Source: Desulfonatronovibrionaceae bacterium (lineage in GTDB: Bacteria; Desulfobacterota; Desulfovibrionia; Desulfovibrionales; Desulfonatronovibrionaceae). Taken from it: a DNA stretch of 64,000 nucleotides. The notes under the pieces were generated by a model that was not told the origin of the DNA, ran no database searches, and saw only the letters and a list, made by a program, of their open reading frames with translations. Each line of letters opens with the position of its first letter. Within the stretch, counting starts at the first letter, position 1. Positions 18,047 to 27,693 of the stretch are shown one piece after another. The translations under genes and the position numbers were made by a program. The stretch covers positions 1-64,000 of the forward strand of contig JBKHGE010000006.1 of assembly GCA_046539845.1 (NCBI GenBank). The letters run 5' to 3'.

Positions 18047-19799
18047 TTTCATACATCCCGCGCTCTTCTTTTTGCTTCTGGCTGCTTTTTTACCTTTTTG
18101 CCGCGGCAGGTACTGGAGATTTTTGCTCCCGCTTCCCGGTATCGCCGCCATCTGCGCGGTCATGCTCATGCAGAGCGGGCAATACATGCATCTCGACTAT
18201 CTGGGCGTGCATCTGACCCTGGGCCGGGTGGACAAATTGTCCATAGTCTTTGCCCACGTATTCGCTTTGCAGGCGATAATCGGCTTCATCTATGCCTGGC
18301 ATATCCGGGACAGGGGCCAGCATGTCGCGGCCGCCCTGTATATTGCCGGTGCGTTCGGCTCCACTTTCGCCGGAGATTTCCTGACCCTGTTCATATTCTG
18401 GGAACTCATGGCTGTTTCCTCCACCTTCCTTATCTGGCTAAACCGACGCAAAAAATCAGTGGATGCCGGTTTCAGGTATTTCTTGTTCCACACCCTGGGC
18501 GGGCTTTTCCTTCTGGCCGGGATACTCCTTAAATACAAGGCCACGGGCAGCTTTGCATTCCAGCCCGTTGTCCCTGCCGGGGCCGCATGGGCCGATTATT
18601 TGATCCTTTTGGGCTTTGCCGTGAACGCGGCGGTCATTCCTCTGCACGCCTGGCTCCCGGACGCCTATCCGGAAGCGACCATCACCGGAGCGGTCTTTTT
18701 GAGCGCGTTTACCACCAAGACCGCGGTCTATGTCCTGGCCCGCGGATTTGCCGGCTTTCCCGTCCTGGCCGTGGCCGGGACGGTGATGGCTGTCTACGGG
18801 GTCTTCTACGCCACTATTGAGAACAATGCCCGCAGGATTCTGGCCTATCACATAGTCTCCCAGGTGGGATACATGGTCGCCGGGATCGGGGTGGGCACGG
18901 CCCTGACCGTGAACGGGGCCTGCGCCCATGCCTACGCACATATCCTGTACAAGGGGCTTTTGTTCATGGGCGCGGGGTGTCTCTTGTATGCCACCGGGAC
19001 CTCCAGGCTCACGCAGATGGGCGGGCTCATATCCAAGCTCCCGCTAGTATTCATCGGGTATATGGTCGGGGCGGTCTCCATATCCGGATTCCCGCTTTTC
19101 TCCGGGTTCGTGAGCAAGACCATGGTCATATCCGGCACGGCCGCGGCCCATCACACCTGGCTGGCCCTGGGCCTGGAACTGGCCGCGGTGGGCACGTTCT
19201 TGTCCGTGGGCATAAAGCTGCCTTATTTCGCCTTTTACGGAGCGAAAAAAAATACGCAGGAGATAAAACCCCTGCCCCTAAACATGTATGTGGCCATGTT
19301 CCTGGCCAGCCTGCTTTGCCTGGCCATCGGCGTCTATCCGCAAATGCTTTACAAACTGCTCCCCTTTCCGGTGAGTTACCAGCCGTACACTGCCTGGCAC
19401 CTGACCCAGTCCCTCTTGCTCCTCGGGTTTACCGGACTTGGATTCTATCTCTTACGCCAAAAGCTCCGGCCGGAAGCAAAAATCAATCTGGACTTCGACT
19501 ATGTATACCGGCTGATCGGCCGGGGATTTATGCGCTTTTGCCGCCGCCCGGTTGAAACCGTGGACAATGTCTGGTCCGGCGTATACGCCCGCATCGGACT
19601 GCGGGGACTGTCCGGACTGGCCAAGGGGTCGGCCGAGTTTGACCGGGAAGAAATCGACCGGGTGGTGGACGGGACCGCTTTCAGTTTTCTGCGTCTGGGA
19701 AGGCGCCTAAACCTCCTGCAGACCGGAAACCTGCAGGATTATCTGGCCATGGCCGCCTTTATAGGTCTGGCCATCTTTGCCCTGGCCTATTTTCTGTAA
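18033..19799 (+). CDS. NuoL/MrpA-like antiporter subunit with C-terminal lateral helix
   Basis: FWELMA, PLHAWLPDAYP, TTKTA, LAYHIVSQVGYM, FVSK. The C-terminus FD...IDRVVDG...LQTGNLQDY plus a final TM is NuoL-type. Confidence 0.88.
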   Translation: MIGTNFIHPALFFLLLAAFLPFCRGRYWRFLLPLPGIAAICAVMLMQSGQYMHLDYLGVHLTLGRVDKLSIVFAHVFALQAIIGFIYAWHIRDRGQHVAAALYIAGAFGSTFAGDFLTLFIFWELMAVSSTFLIWLNRRKKSVDAGFRYFLFHTLGGLFLLAGILLKYKATGSFAFQPVVPAGAAWADYLILLGFAVNAAVIPLHAWLPDAYPEATITGAVFLSAFTTKTAVYVLARGFAGFPVLAVAGTVMAVYGVFYATIENNARRILAYHIVSQVGYMVAGIGVGTALTVNGACAHAYAHILYKGLLFMGAGCLLYATGTSRLTQMGGLISKLPLVFIGYMVGAVSISGFPLFSGFVSKTMVISGTAAAHHTWLALGLELAAVGTFLSVGIKLPYFAFYGAKKNTQEIKPLPLNMYVAMFLASLLCLAIGVYPQMLYKLLPFPVSYQPYTAWHLTQSLLLLGFTGLGFYLLRQKLRPEAKINLDFDYVYRLIGRGFMRFCRRPVETVDNVWSGVYARIGLRGLSGLAKGSAEFDREEIDRVVDGTAFSFLRLGRRLNLLQTGNLQDYLAMAAFIGLAIFALAYFL

Positions 19800-19872
19800 C
19801 CGCGTTTCAAATGCAAAGAACAATTACGGAAAAAATGAATAAAAACAAACACCTTATCCGGAGTGCTCTAAG

Positions 19873-21426
19873 ATGCCTTACTGGCCCCTTTTAAGCATTC
19901 TCATATTCCTGCCCCTAGCGGCCGGACTGGTCATGGGGACCCTGCGCACTTCCGGGCAGGTGCGGGCTTTTGCCCTGGGGACCGGGCTGGTGGAGTTCAT
20001 CTGCTCCCTGCCCCTGCTCCTGGCCTTTAACCCGAAAAACTCCTCCTTTCAATTCCAGGAACTGCATCCGTGGATAGCCAAATGGGGCATAAACTATCAC
20101 CTGGGCGTGGACGGCATGAGTCTTGTCCTCGTTGTCCTGACAACCTTTCTTCTGCCCCTATGCGTACTTTGTTCCTGGTCGTATATCAAAACCAGAGTCC
20201 TGGAATTTTACATCTGCCTGATGCTTATGACCGCGGCCTGCGTGGGAGTGTTCTGCGCCCTGGACCTTGTTTTGTTCTATGTCTTCTGGGAGGCCATGCT
20301 CATCCCCATGTTCCTGCTCATTGCCGTATGGGGCGGACCACAACGCAAATATGCGTCCATAAAATTCTTTGTCTATACCCTGGCCGGAAGCACCCTGCTT
20401 TTGGTGGCCATAATCGCCTTTTACCGCGCCTCGGGTACATTCTCCATCCCGGAACTCCTTCAGGCCGAGCACGGATTTGACTTTCAGTTGTGGACATTTC
20501 TGGCCATGGCCCTGGCCTTTGCCATAAAAGTGCCCATGTTTCCCTTTCATACCTGGCTCCCGGCCGCCCATGTCCAGGCCCCGGCAGCCGGATCTGTGCT
20601 TTTGGCCTCAGTGCTCCTTAAAATGGGCACTTACGGATTCATCCGTTTCTGCCTGGGGCTCACCCCGGAGGCCAGTGTGTACTTCGCCCCGCTCATGATC
20701 GCCGTGTCCATTGTCTCCATAATCTACGGCGGTCTGGTGGCCCTGGGGCAAACGGACATCAAGAAGCTTATCGCCTACTCCTCGGTGGCCCATATGGGCT
20801 TTGTCACCCTGGGCATTTTTGTCTTTACCCAGGAGGGGCTTGAAGGGGCGATGATGCAGATGGTCAACCACGGCATCACCACCGGCGCGCTTTTCATGAT
20901 GGTCGGAGCGGTTTACGAGAGGAGCCACAGCCGGCTTATCCGGGACAACCTGGGAATGGGCAAATACCTGCCGGCATACATATTCTTTTTCGGGCTTTTC
21001 TCCCTCTCCTCCCTGGCCTTCCCGGGGACAAACAGCTTTGTGGGCGAGGCATTGGTCATTATCGGAACCATGCAGAAAAACATGCTCCTTGGGCTTCTGG
21101 CCGTGCCCGGCGCGCTCCTGGCAGCCGCGTACATGCTCCGGCTATTGCAGAAAATGGCCTGGGGGGAACCGGCCAAGGCCGCTGGATGGCCTGATTTATC
21201 CATTCGGGAATGGCTGTACCTGGCCCCGTGTGCCATACTGGTCGTGTATATAGGATTGGCTCCGGGGGGCCTGATCCGGACCATGGATCATTCAGTACAC
21301 AGCATAATGAAAAACACGGCTGTTTATGCGCAAAAACAAAACCCGGACAAGGGGCGCCTGGCGGAAAACAGCTTGCTACCGCTAAAATCCGCAGAAAAAC
21401 TACCGGGCAGCCGGGACCTTTATTAA
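19873..21426 (+). CDS. nuoM: complex I-like subunit M
   Basis: LGVDGMS, FYVFWEAMLIPMF, AIKVPMFPFHTWLP, LLKMGTYG and FVGE motifs. Confidence 0.95.
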   Translation: MPYWPLLSILIFLPLAAGLVMGTLRTSGQVRAFALGTGLVEFICSLPLLLAFNPKNSSFQFQELHPWIAKWGINYHLGVDGMSLVLVVLTTFLLPLCVLCSWSYIKTRVLEFYICLMLMTAACVGVFCALDLVLFYVFWEAMLIPMFLLIAVWGGPQRKYASIKFFVYTLAGSTLLLVAIIAFYRASGTFSIPELLQAEHGFDFQLWTFLAMALAFAIKVPMFPFHTWLPAAHVQAPAAGSVLLASVLLKMGTYGFIRFCLGLTPEASVYFAPLMIAVSIVSIIYGGLVALGQTDIKKLIAYSSVAHMGFVTLGIFVFTQEGLEGAMMQMVNHGITTGALFMMVGAVYERSHSRLIRDNLGMGKYLPAYIFFFGLFSLSSLAFPGTNSFVGEALVIIGTMQKNMLLGLLAVPGALLAAAYMLRLLQKMAWGEPAKAAGWPDLSIREWLYLAPCAILVVYIGLAPGGLIRTMDHSVHSIMKNTAVYAQKQNPDKGRLAENSLLPLKSAEKLPGSRDLY

Positions 21427-21534
21427 AAAAGTAAGGCCGCTGAATGGAGTTTATAAGCACTCGGTTGAGCACTGATTCCTGCGGCGAATTACATCGGCAA
21501 ATACGTAAAATGACCCAAACAAGCCGGATATGAT

Positions 21535-22956
21535 ATGAATCCCAATTTTTCTTTGCAGTTTTTCATCCCGGAAATATACATGCTGGCCCTAGTAGTGGCC
21601 CTTTTTTTCCAGAGCATATCCAAAAATTTTCGGGAACGTACTGACTGGGTCCCGTACGCCTCATTTGCCGGGGTCTTTTTGGCCCTTATCACCTTTGGCC
21701 AAAACGGGAGCTTTTTATACAGCACATTTAAGGTGGACGGGCTGTCCCAGTTCTTCAAATTCGCAGTCTTTTTGGGCCTGGCCGTGTGCAGTGCCAACGC
21801 CTCCAGAAACAACACCCTGGAGGAAAAAGTGCACCGGGCGGATTACTTCATGTTCATGGCCCTTTCCTGCTTCGGGCTTGTCCTTTTATCCAGCGCCGTG
21901 GAAATGTTCACCATATTCATCGCCCTGGAGCTCTCCGCATTCAGCCTGTATGTACTCATTCCCTTGCGCAGAAACGAGCCCCGGGCAGCCGAGGCCGGGA
22001 TCAAATATATCCTGTTCGGGGCGGCGGCCACCGCCCTGGGACTGTATGGCATTTCCTACATCTTGGCAGTCAAGCACACCACTTTTCTGCACGCCCTGAG
22101 CCAGATGTCCTGGTCCTTTGAGAATGAACCCCTGGCCGTGATCGGATTTTCCCTGTTCCTGATCGCCTTTTTGTACAAGCTGGCCCTGTTTCCCTTTCAT
22201 TTCTGGTGCCCGGACGTATTTCAGGGCACCAGCAACGAGACCGCCGCCTTTGCGGCCACGTTGCCCAAACTTGGGGCCGTGGCGGTCCTCATCCGGGTAA
22301 TATCCTTCATGCCCGCCGAGGAGCTGAAAACGATCCTGTCCATCCTGGCCGCCCTGTCCATGACCATTGCCAACCTGGCCGCCCTGAACCAAAAAGACGT
22401 CAAGAGGCTCCTTGGCTACTCCAGTGTATCCCATGCCGGATATATCATGCTCGGCTTGATTGCCGCGGGCGCGTACGGGCTTGCTTCGGCCGCGTTCTAT
22501 TCCCTGGTCTACCTGCTCATGAACCTGGCCGTGTTCTGGGTGATAACCAGGCTGGCCGGGAGGGGACAAAACATCTACCTAAACGATTTAAACGGGCTGC
22601 ACAAAACCGCGCCCCTTTTGGCCCTGGTTCTGGCCATAGGCGCCTTTTCCCTGGTGGGGCTGCCACCCACCGGCGGGTTCACCGGCAAGCTGTTTCTCAT
22701 GACCGCGGCCTGGAAAACCGGCCATCACTGGGTGGTCATAATCGCCGCCCTGAACACCGGTCTGGCCGTCTACTATTACCTGAACCTGGTCCGGCATGCC
22801 TATACTGTTCCGGCCACGGGCAGACAGGACTTCTCCCCCTCCTGGCCCGCGGCGGGCATCGGGCTTCTCATGGCTGCAGGCATAGTCTATCTGGGGATCG
22901 CTCCGGGGAATATCTTGGATTGGCTGCTTAGGGCGGGTCAGATGCTCAAGTTCTAG
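21535..22956 (+). CDS. nuoN: complex I-like subunit N
   Basis: EAGIKY, KLALFPFHFWCPDVFQG, KRLLGYSSVSHAGY, GLPPTGGFTGK and YYYL motifs. Confidence 0.95.
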   Translation: MNPNFSLQFFIPEIYMLALVVALFFQSISKNFRERTDWVPYASFAGVFLALITFGQNGSFLYSTFKVDGLSQFFKFAVFLGLAVCSANASRNNTLEEKVHRADYFMFMALSCFGLVLLSSAVEMFTIFIALELSAFSLYVLIPLRRNEPRAAEAGIKYILFGAAATALGLYGISYILAVKHTTFLHALSQMSWSFENEPLAVIGFSLFLIAFLYKLALFPFHFWCPDVFQGTSNETAAFAATLPKLGAVAVLIRVISFMPAEELKTILSILAALSMTIANLAALNQKDVKRLLGYSSVSHAGYIMLGLIAAGAYGLASAAFYSLVYLLMNLAVFWVITRLAGRGQNIYLNDLNGLHKTAPLLALVLAIGAFSLVGLPPTGGFTGKLFLMTAAWKTGHHWVVIIAALNTGLAVYYYLNLVRHAYTVPATGRQDFSPSWPAAGIGLLMAAGIVYLGIAPGNILDWLLRAGQMLKF

Positions 22957-23963
22957 ATCCCGCTGCCCTGACGGACAAGGGAGATAAACCGATCCAGGGA
23001 ATGCAGGAGCCGGCGCAGCCTTTTCTGCTCCTCCTTGTTTAGTCTGTACGGGTTAACACCGACCTGGAGCCGGTCCGGGTAATCCAGATTGCTGATAATC
23101 CTTTTGTACTGGGCCCAGGCCCATAATTCGGCCAGGTCCCGGGCCATCTTCTTTGGGATGTGCCTGTCTTCGCCCAGGGCGGAAATTCTTTCCCGGGTAT
23201 GCGCCCTGTCTATTCCATGCTTCAGGCAAAGCAGCCTGGCCGCGTTGGTCAGATGGGAGAGAATGGCGTGTTTAACATCCATACTCCCTTTGAGACCCCC
23301 TTCCCTCTCCAGGACAAACCCGCCCCAGAAAGTGACCGGTGCCTTGTACTCAGCGATTTCCAGGGCCAGGTTCTTTAAAATGGCCGGATGATCCCGGACT
23401 AATCCGCGCAACTCGGATCGCAAAGCCTCGGCCTGTTCATACAACCTCCCGGAGACCGGCAAAAAATCCACTATGGTCCCCAGCTGCCAGCCGCCCTCAT
23501 CTCGGGGATTGAGCAGCCACTTGGTCAGCCGCTTCCTCCAGGCGTGAAAATCCCCCCGCCACTTTTCGCTGCTTACCATGACCTGTCCGGGGCAGAGCCG
23601 CAGCCCACAGCCGTCCAGGGTCAAAACCAGCCTCTGGCTGGCCTCATCAAGCTGATTGGGATCCGGCTCCTCCTTCCAGAGAAGGCCGTTGTCCTGATCC
23701 GAGGAGAGGACCTGTTCCTCCCGGGCCCCGGACCCAAACTCCAAAAAGGTGCAGTGCTCAAGCCAGGGGTATTCGCGGCCGAAAAAGGCCAGAGCAGCCC
23801 TTTCGGTCCTGCGGTTAAAGCCGGCAATGGCCCGGCAGATCTCTTCGGCCCCGGAGTTTTTTTCCACCAGCTCCCAGACCATGTTCTGCCTGGCCCTTTG
23901 CACTTGTTCCAGCTCTCCCCGGGCGATGCAGCGGCCGATATCAACCGTTTCTGAAAAATCCAT
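22953..23963 (-). CDS. DUF294 putative nucleotidyltransferase (DUF294 + DUF294_C), no CBS/cNMP domains
   Basis: FGSGAREEQVLSSDQDNGL (GS..R.E...DxD), CPGQVM.S..W and D.K...L...AR motifs. ATG 23963 has a GGAGG RBS. Confidence 0.85.
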   Translation of the reverse strand: MDFSETVDIGRCIARGELEQVQRARQNMVWELVEKNSGAEEICRAIAGFNRRTERAALAFFGREYPWLEHCTFLEFGSGAREEQVLSSDQDNGLLWKEEPDPNQLDEASQRLVLTLDGCGLRLCPGQVMVSSEKWRGDFHAWRKRLTKWLLNPRDEGGWQLGTIVDFLPVSGRLYEQAEALRSELRGLVRDHPAILKNLALEIAEYKAPVTFWGGFVLEREGGLKGSMDVKHAILSHLTNAARLLCLKHGIDRAHTRERISALGEDRHIPKKMARDLAELWAWAQYKRIISNLDYPDRLQVGVNPYRLNKEEQKRLRRLLHSLDRFISLVRQGSGI

Positions 23964-24147
23964 CTGCCGGCCTCCGGGCCAATGCGCGCTAAAGGCGGTA
24001 AAAGGCATCATGAATGGTTAAGCGGGGGCCGGGAATTAATCCCTGCCGTTCACCAAAAAAAACTGGCCTGCCCGCTTTTTACTGCTAGTATTCCCACTAT
24101 GTCATGCAGGCCCGATTATTTCAATATCTAAACCGGGGGAGGTTCAA

Positions 24148-24411
24148 ATGAACGTAGAGGAACTGCGCAAAAAACAGCTCAAATTCGCGCTGGGCTTCGG
24201 CATCCCTTATTTCGTCTTTATTCTGGGCATATACCTTTTGACCTACTTGGCCAAAGACTGGGTTGTGGCCCAGGAAGTAGGGGGTATGCCCCTGCACTAC
24301 TTCCTGGTGGCCATTTTGGTATATCCGGTGACCTGGGTGGTGTTCATCATCTATGTCCGCTTGGCCAACAGGATGGAGGATAAACTCAAACAAGAAACAA
24401 AGACGGGGTAA
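24148..24411 (+). CDS. small 2-TM partner of ActP (DUF485/YjcH-like)
   Basis: Two TM segments, YVRLAN..ED motif, strong RBS, 3 nt upstream of the symporter. Confidence 0.8.
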   Translation: MNVEELRKKQLKFALGFGIPYFVFILGIYLLTYLAKDWVVAQEVGGMPLHYFLVAILVYPVTWVVFIIYVRLANRMEDKLKQETKTG

Positions 24412-24414
24412 ATC

Positions 24415-25983
24415 ATGGAAGCCGGATATCAAGTCCCTTTTACCGCCCTTTTGCTCATTGGGCTCATGCTGACCTTTACGGTCATAACCACCTGGATGTT
24501 CCGCATCCAGAAGACTTCAGCCGATTATTACCTGGCCGGTCGGAAAGTAAACAGCTTCATCAACGCCTCGGCCATATCCAGTGACTATCTGAGCGCCGCC
24601 TCTTTCCTTGGTGTGGCCGGAGTGGCCTTTATGCAGGGCTTTGACGGGATCATATACGCCTTCGGTTTTTTTGTCGGCTACGTGGCCCTGCTCCTTTTTC
24701 TGGCCTCGCCGCTGCGCAAATTCGGGAAATACACGGTCCCGGACTTCGTCTCCGACCGCTTCCATTCCAAGCGGGCCCGGGTCCTGGGAGTCATCGGAGT
24801 CCTTTTTATCTCCCTCTTCTACATGGCCCCGCAGATGCTCGGAGCGGGCAAGGTCATGGGTCTGCTTCTGGGTATGGAGTATCAAACCGCGATCGTGGTC
24901 ATCGCCCTGATAATCACCGCGTATGTGGCCATCGGAGGGATGAAGGGAACCACTATCAATCAGTTGGTCCAGTTCTGGGTCATGTTCGGGTCCATGTTCC
25001 TTCTGGCTTTCATCCCTTTCGTGATCAAGGGCTATACCTATACAGATATCATCCAGGCCCTGCAGGGTTTTCAGGGGAGTGAGCCGAACAGCTCCGAGGT
25101 GTTCACCGGAACGGCCTATGTGGAGCCCGGCTACTGGCTGGGTAATCTCAAAGACACCCTGTCGCTGCTTCTGGCCCTTATGTTCGGCACGGCTGGTCTG
25201 CCGCACATCCTGGTCCGGTTCTACACCACCCCGAACGGCCGCGCGGCCAGGCATACGGTCATATATGTCCTTTTGCTCATCGGGGTCTTTTACATGCTCT
25301 CCCCTTATGTCGGACATGTGATCAGGTTTGTGTATCTGCAGGCAGAAAGCATGGGGCTCAGCCCGCATCTGACCGAATGGCTGGCCGAAAACGGTAAAAA
25401 CCTGGCCGTCCCAGTGGCCGGATCCCATTTCGGGGGACAGGTCCTTTTAGGCATTGTCGTGGCCGGGGCTTTTGCCGCAGTGCTGTCCACAGTGGCCGGA
25501 CTGATCATAGCCTGTGCCGGGGCCATTGGTCATGACTTAGTGGTAAACATCTTTAATCCAAACCTGCCGGAGATGCATCGCGTACGCATCGCCCGGATGT
25601 CCTCCATATTAATCGGTCTGGTGGGCATCCCACTGGGGTTTGCCGCGGAAAACATGCAAATCGCGGTCCTGGTCGGTTTGGCCTTTGCCATCGCCGCTTC
25701 CACATTTTTCCCGGTTCTGGCCATGGGGATCTGGTGGCCGAAGATGACCAAGAACGGGGCCATCGCCGGATTGCTCACGGGTATTATCGGATCGTTCATC
25801 ATGATCCTGGGCAAGAGCTATCTTCCCGCCGCCCTTACCTACAAGAACCCGGGCGGGTTCGTGATGATCCTGTCTTTTATCGCCATCTACATATTCTCCA
25901 AATGGGAATATGCGCAAAAGAAGGAGGAAGCCATCCCCAAGGACATAAAGGAGATAATGGCTGTACTGCACGGCCCGGAATAA
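24415..25983 (+). CDS. actP: cation/acetate symporter (ActP-like, SSS family)
   Basis: DYLSAASFLG, GGMKGTT, FGTAGLPHILVRFYT, AVLSTVAGL and AFAIAAS motifs. Confidence 0.88.
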   Translation: MEAGYQVPFTALLLIGLMLTFTVITTWMFRIQKTSADYYLAGRKVNSFINASAISSDYLSAASFLGVAGVAFMQGFDGIIYAFGFFVGYVALLLFLASPLRKFGKYTVPDFVSDRFHSKRARVLGVIGVLFISLFYMAPQMLGAGKVMGLLLGMEYQTAIVVIALIITAYVAIGGMKGTTINQLVQFWVMFGSMFLLAFIPFVIKGYTYTDIIQALQGFQGSEPNSSEVFTGTAYVEPGYWLGNLKDTLSLLLALMFGTAGLPHILVRFYTTPNGRAARHTVIYVLLLIGVFYMLSPYVGHVIRFVYLQAESMGLSPHLTEWLAENGKNLAVPVAGSHFGGQVLLGIVVAGAFAAVLSTVAGLIIACAGAIGHDLVVNIFNPNLPEMHRVRIARMSSILIGLVGIPLGFAAENMQIAVLVGLAFAIAASTFFPVLAMGIWWPKMTKNGAIAGLLTGIIGSFIMILGKSYLPAALTYKNPGGFVMILSFIAIYIFSKWEYAQKKEEAIPKDIKEIMAVLHGPE

Positions 25984-25991
25984 AACAATCC

Positions 25992-26030
25992 AAGGGACCC
26001 CGCCGATCCGGCGGGGTCCCTTTGTTTTTG
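25992..26030 (+). terminator. Rho-independent terminator
   Basis: AAGGGACCCCGCC-gatcc-GGCGGGGTCCCTT followed by a T-rich tract. Confidence 0.85.
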
Positions 26031-26207
26031 CACCCTTTCAGCCCCGGTTCGCTTCCTCTATTGCCTTGTCTCTTGTTTGTGATTAGTATTATACCGTTAA
26101 CATCAGCTCCGTGACCCTGCTTCCGAGCGGAGCCCAAAGGGGCATGCCCTTTTTTGCCGGTGCAAATGCCCGGACATCAATTTTTTTCAGGTCAAAAGGA
26201 GGAGATA

Positions 26208-26885
26208 ATGCTTTTGAAAAACTGGATGACCACCGATGTCATCACTGTAACCCCGGACACATCCATGATGAAGGCCTCCAAGATCCTCAAGGACAAGGAC
26301 ATCCACCGCCTCCCGGTGGTGGACGACAACGGCCGGCTGGTGGGAATTGTCTCCGACCGGGATATAAAGGACGCCTCCCCCTCCAAGGCCACTACCCTGG
26401 ATGTGCATGAACTCTACTACCTCCTCTCCGAGATCAAGATAAAGGACATCATGACCAGAAATCTGCACACCATAGACTCGGAAGCCACTGTGGAAAAGGC
26501 GGCCGTGGAGATGATGGACAAAAAGATCGAGGGCATGCCCGTGGTGGATTCGGAGCAAAAAGTGGTCGGGATCATCACTGATACGGACATCTTCAAGGTG
26601 CTGATTCAGATCTCCGGAGTTTATCTGGGCGGAGTACAGATGGGGTTCAAACTGACCAATGAGACCGGATCCCTGAAAAAGATCCTGGATGATCTGCGCG
26701 CGCACGGGGCCAGAATCATAAGCATCCAGTCCTCGTATGAGGATCCGGCCCCGGGCTACCGCCAGGTATTTATCCGCATCCACGACATGGAAAAGGCGGA
26801 AGAGAACAGGCTTCGCGAGCACCTGCAAAACACCTATGACATGCTCTACTGGGTGCGGGACAGCGTCCAGTTCAATCAGGGCTGA
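26208..26885 (+). CDS. AcuB-like CBS-pair + ACT domain protein
   Basis: WMT..VITV.PD, LPVVD, RDIKDASPSKATTLDVHEL.YLL, second CBS, C-terminal ACT-like region. ATG 26208 after AGGAGG. Confidence 0.88.
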   Translation: MLLKNWMTTDVITVTPDTSMMKASKILKDKDIHRLPVVDDNGRLVGIVSDRDIKDASPSKATTLDVHELYYLLSEIKIKDIMTRNLHTIDSEATVEKAAVEMMDKKIEGMPVVDSEQKVVGIITDTDIFKVLIQISGVYLGGVQMGFKLTNETGSLKKILDDLRAHGARIISIQSSYEDPAPGYRQVFIRIHDMEKAEENRLREHLQNTYDMLYWVRDSVQFNQG

Positions 26886-26907
26886 GCCGGGGCTTAAGAG
26901 ACAGAAT

Positions 26908-27693
26908 ATGGCAGGCAGTCCTACCTTCCTCCTTTCCTCAGGATGCCTTTTTACCTCCGGGCTGGAGCTGTGCGCCCGGGTCGCCGGAGAAAGCGGCTTT
27001 GATGGTCTGGAGCTTATTCTGAATGACCCCGGGATGCTGGATACCGCCTATCTGAGAGAGGCCTGCGACGGGACCAGGATCCTTAGTCTGCATGCCCCGT
27101 TCCGGTCCTGGGCCAAATGGGGGGGACATCTCCGGGCCTGGGAGAAGACCGCCTCCCTTGCCAGGGACCTGGGTGATCCGGTAAACATCACCCTGCACCC
27201 CCCGGCTTTGAGTCTGAAACAGATTCCGCATTTCTGGTGGTTCACCAAAAGCAGGGACCTGGGACACGATCTGGGTTCCGCAGTGCCGCTGTCTTTGGAG
27301 AATCTTCCCTTGTCCGGGGAGGGCACCGGGATGGAAGGCGATGCCTGGAACGCCCACCTCCGGATGTGCACCAGGCGGAGGACCCGGCTGACCATGGACA
27401 TCTGCCACCTGGGCGTTAGCCGAATGGACATACTGGATTGCCTCAAAAGGACCCCGCCGGAGCTAATTGCCAATATCCATTTTTCGGACTGCCGCGGCAT
27501 ACAAGAACATATGTGGCCCGGAACCGGGGAACTGGACATGGACTCCTTTCTTTCGTATCTGAGTTCCATCGGCTATAAGGGCCTTATCACCCTGGAAACC
27601 GGTCCGGACCAGCTCCCGGAGGGAACAGTCCCCATCACGGACAGGCTGAGCTCTTGTCTCAAATGGATGCGCGGTTTCTTCCGGTCCGGGTGA
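26908..27693 (+). CDS. sugar phosphate isomerase/epimerase (AP endonuclease 2 TIM barrel) family protein
   Basis: GFDGLEL, SLHAPF, LENLP, DICH, IHFSD, H..PG.GELD and GYKG.ITLE motifs. Confidence 0.85.
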   Translation: MAGSPTFLLSSGCLFTSGLELCARVAGESGFDGLELILNDPGMLDTAYLREACDGTRILSLHAPFRSWAKWGGHLRAWEKTASLARDLGDPVNITLHPPALSLKQIPHFWWFTKSRDLGHDLGSAVPLSLENLPLSGEGTGMEGDAWNAHLRMCTRRRTRLTMDICHLGVSRMDILDCLKRTPPELIANIHFSDCRGIQEHMWPGTGELDMDSFLSYLSSIGYKGLITLETGPDQLPEGTVPITDRLSSCLKWMRGFFRSG

